From IMG/VR virus record IMGVR_UViG_3300023213_000518, positions 1-59,585 of that record: a DNA stretch of 59,585 bases; one strand, given 5' to 3'. The stretch is from a virus. Taxonomy: Duplodnaviria; Caudoviricetes. The notes under the pieces are model-generated. The model worked only from the letters and a program-made list of their open reading frames with translations, had not been told where the DNA came from and did not search any database. Every line of letters begins with the position of its first letter. Positions within the stretch are counted from its first letter, which is position 1. Both the position numbers and the translations under genes were made by a program. Shown piece by piece: positions 57,617 to 59,585 of this stretch.

Positions 57617-59243
57617 ACCAGCACGCTGGACCCGTGCCTCTATTAGTGGCTCCTACACCGGCTCTCCTGACACAGATGACTTGATTTGGTACAGATATGC
57701 AATAAACAAAACCGGAATACTTTTCCCGTTCTGGCTTCGGCAAACCCTTTACAACACTGTGACGCTCAGAAACGATGAACTGTGGGGCGTTATTAAATCT
57801 TCCCAACTTGTGTTTGCCTCGCCGTTCTTGACGAGTTATTACTACGTCCTTTCCCAACTTTATAAACAGTTCCGACATGTCGTCTGCCAAAACTTTGCTA
57901 ACTGTCTTGTAATTCCTACGACGCGCAGGGCCTCGCCCATCATACCAACCATCTACCTTTACAGCCCAAGAAACGAAAACTTCTAAGTCTTCTACAGGTA
58001 AGTCTTTAAGCCATTGCGGCAACCTCTTTGTATAAGTATTCCCGAACAATGACAAATTGGAGTACAACAAAGCATCGCTTAGTCTAAAACCCCCACCCGG
58101 TTTTTCTATAAACGTCCAAGGCAATCTAGAAATTAATTTTTTCAATTCGTTGTAGTAAACACTTGTTTTCTTCTGGGCAATCTCAACATTGTAGTTCCCA
58201 GACCGTACAGGCTGGCCAATAGCGGCAGCTGCCAAGGATTGAACAAAAAGAGGACGACGATTATCCCTATTACAAATTCCCGTACCTCCTGCATGGCCCT
58301 CCGAAAAAAAGATACCTAAAAACGCGAGCCAGTCTTTCCAATCCACCACCACGGAAGTACGATCGACACGCCACTGGCCTGGTGCTAGTTCACCGAGTTT
58401 ACAATCTAGTATCGCCCTCCCCGTCTTTTTGTCGTAAAACTCAGGACGACGTCCAGACTCCCAACGCACACAACTCGGTATGTCAAATCCGTAGTCCAGA
58501 CCTTTGTAGGATAAAAGAAACTTTTCTAACTTTTCGGCGGTCTCAAACAAAAACTCACTACCTTCCTTACTACGACCATACTTGTCATGACTAGTTAACT
58601 TATCCCAACAAAGATTGTCTAAGTGGCGAGTCTTTTTACTAGCCCTCGACGTAGCTTCACTATACACTGTGCGACGGTACCTGCCATAAAAACGATGCTC
58701 TAGAGTAACTTGAACATCTATCATTCTGTTCTTAAATAAAAGCAATTCTCCATCGTACCGATACTTATACAACTTTGTGGCAAGTTGCCACTGTAATTCT
58801 CCTTGTTCTGAACGCGTAGCAAATAAGTCGCCTGTACCAATTTCTCTTAGCGGAATCCAACCGCGTTTCGTAAGAATTTCGTGGTCTTCAGAAAAACATT
58901 CAGGAATGTATGGGAACTGCCAACTACGCCTGTCAATGATTCCAAACTGGCCAGACTTCACAGCAGCAATTTCTCTTGACTGCTCTGCTTTCAAAACAAT
59001 GGCGCGCGTCGGATCAGTACGATATACCTCAGCCATGGCGCGAGCATGGTCTATACGCAACACCTTGATTACTTCGCGCGCACGGAACCAGCGTACCAGC
59101 CTGGCTTTGATTCCCTGATGCAAATATCTAAGCTTGTCCCACACAACTACAGTATAGGTGAAAGTCAAGAAAGAACCGTAGAACCGAGCGAAACTCCAGG
59201 TAGGAAGAACTGGCAGATTCTGTGGACTATACGAAGCAAACAT
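57591..59243 (-). CDS. putative portal N-extein plus intein (start may be ATG 59036)
   Basis: ...FPYIPE|CFSEDHEILTKRGW intein start; ORF stops 5 codons after intein end. Confidence 0.7.
   Translation of the reverse strand: MFASYSPQNLPVLPTWSFARFYGSFLTFTYTVVVWDKLRYLHQGIKARLVRWFRAREVIKVLRIDHARAMAEVYRTDPTRAIVLKAEQSREIAAVKSGQFGIIDRRSWQFPYIPECFSEDHEILTKRGWIPLREIGTGDLFATRSEQGELQWQLATKLYKYRYDGELLLFKNRMIDVQVTLEHRFYGRYRRTVYSEATSRASKKTRHLDNLCWDKLTSHDKYGRSKEGSEFLFETAEKLEKFLLSYKGLDYGFDIPSCVRWESGRRPEFYDKKTGRAILDCKLGELAPGQWRVDRTSVVVDWKDWLAFLGIFFSEGHAGGTGICNRDNRRPLFVQSLAAAAIGQPVRSGNYNVEIAQKKTSVYYNELKKLISRLPWTFIEKPGGGFRLSDALLYSNLSLFGNTYTKRLPQWLKDLPVEDLEVFVSWAVKVDGWYDGRGPARRRNYKTVSKVLADDMSELFIKLGKDVVITRQERRGKHKLGRFNNAPQFIVSERHSVVKGLPKPEREKYSGFVYCISVPNQVICVRRAGVGATNRGTGPACWCGNSLHRL
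57609..58898 (-). mobile_element. 430-aa intein with LAGLIDADG homing endonuclease
   Basis: block A CFSEDHEILT, block B VTLEH, LGIFFSEG and WAVKVDG, block F YSGFVYCISV, C-terminus WCGN|S. Confidence 0.88.
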
Positions 59244-59265
59244 GTGAAAGAATAAATACCAACAA

Positions 59266-59456
59266 AAATAAAAAGGGCCGCTAAGACAAAGACATTATGT
59301 CGTCATCGTAACGGCCCTGTTACATCTTCCAGCATGAGTAGCTTTCTTCAAGTGGAAGATGCCTCGCCACCAAGCCCAGATGAATTCAAAGACTCTATAT
59401 TAGAACTATCTGGGCATCCTCTAACTGAGTCAGAGCTAGAGAATTCGTCCAGTGGC
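59266..59456 (-). ncRNA. candidate structured RNA (four hairpins, last one terminator-like)
   Basis: four consecutive stems with G-U pairs favouring the minus strand; no ORF. Confidence 0.45.
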
Positions 59457-59465
59457 TAAACTTTT

Positions 59466-59585
59466 TCATCTAACTTGAATCATTCGCTCGACTAATTCCA
59501 ATGCCGATTGCTGCAACTTTTTGACAGTAGGAGTCAGTTTGTTTTCGGCAGCGGCACTGGCAGCGGCCCAGACAGCGGCCCAGAC
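59466..59585 (-). CDS. 3' end of a gene running off the window
   Basis: open frame ...AAVWAAASAAAENKLTPTVKKLQQSALELVERMIQVR*. Confidence 0.5.
   Translation of the reverse strand, partial: VWAAVWAAASAAAENKLTPTVKKLQQSALELVERMIQVR

Noticed and set aside
333-59255. Plus-strand ORFs in the track (e.g. 31136..32008, 53486..54202, 17284..17853)
   Set aside because: Antisense shadows of well-supported minus-strand genes, with no motifs or RBS.
1-59585. Stop-codon reassignment as the explanation for broken ORFs
   Set aside because: Long genes are intact under the standard code and all three stops end tightly packed genes; the breaks are frame shifts, not in-frame stops.
1-59585. Terminase, lysis, integrase, tRNA, reverse transcriptase or tail sheath genes
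   Set aside because: None recognised in the window; lifestyle and packaging mode cannot be called.

Overview
A 59.6-kb fragment of a tailed dsDNA phage genome, siphovirus-like (long tape measure, no tail sheath recognised), with essentially all genes on the minus strand. In transcription order (right to left) it holds: (1) a structured non-coding stretch; (2) a morphogenesis module (intein-split portal, protease/scaffold, capsid, head-tail proteins, tail tube, frameshifted chaperones, tape measure, tail tip/fibre); (3) a replication/recombination module behind a consensus sigma70-type promoter (SF2 helicase, DnaB, primase, 5'-3' exonuclease, sigma-like factor, TGT/DpdA-like protein with FolE, beta-clamp-like protein, UDG-fused PolA, dCTP deaminase, SSB, RecA, DnaX, SbcD-SbcC fusion); (4) small accessory genes behind a second, near-identical promoter. 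The most unusual element is an ~890-bp non-coding array at 28925-29816. It has 22 clear ~37-bp units, each with two short conserved motifs separated by two variable segments. This resembles TIGR arrays architecturally, but no Nop-domain (Tas) or Cas gene is recognisable; an unknown 177-aa gene ends 9 bp from the array. All protein calls come from motif recognition by eye; no database search was run. An Acidobacteriota host is only an inference.
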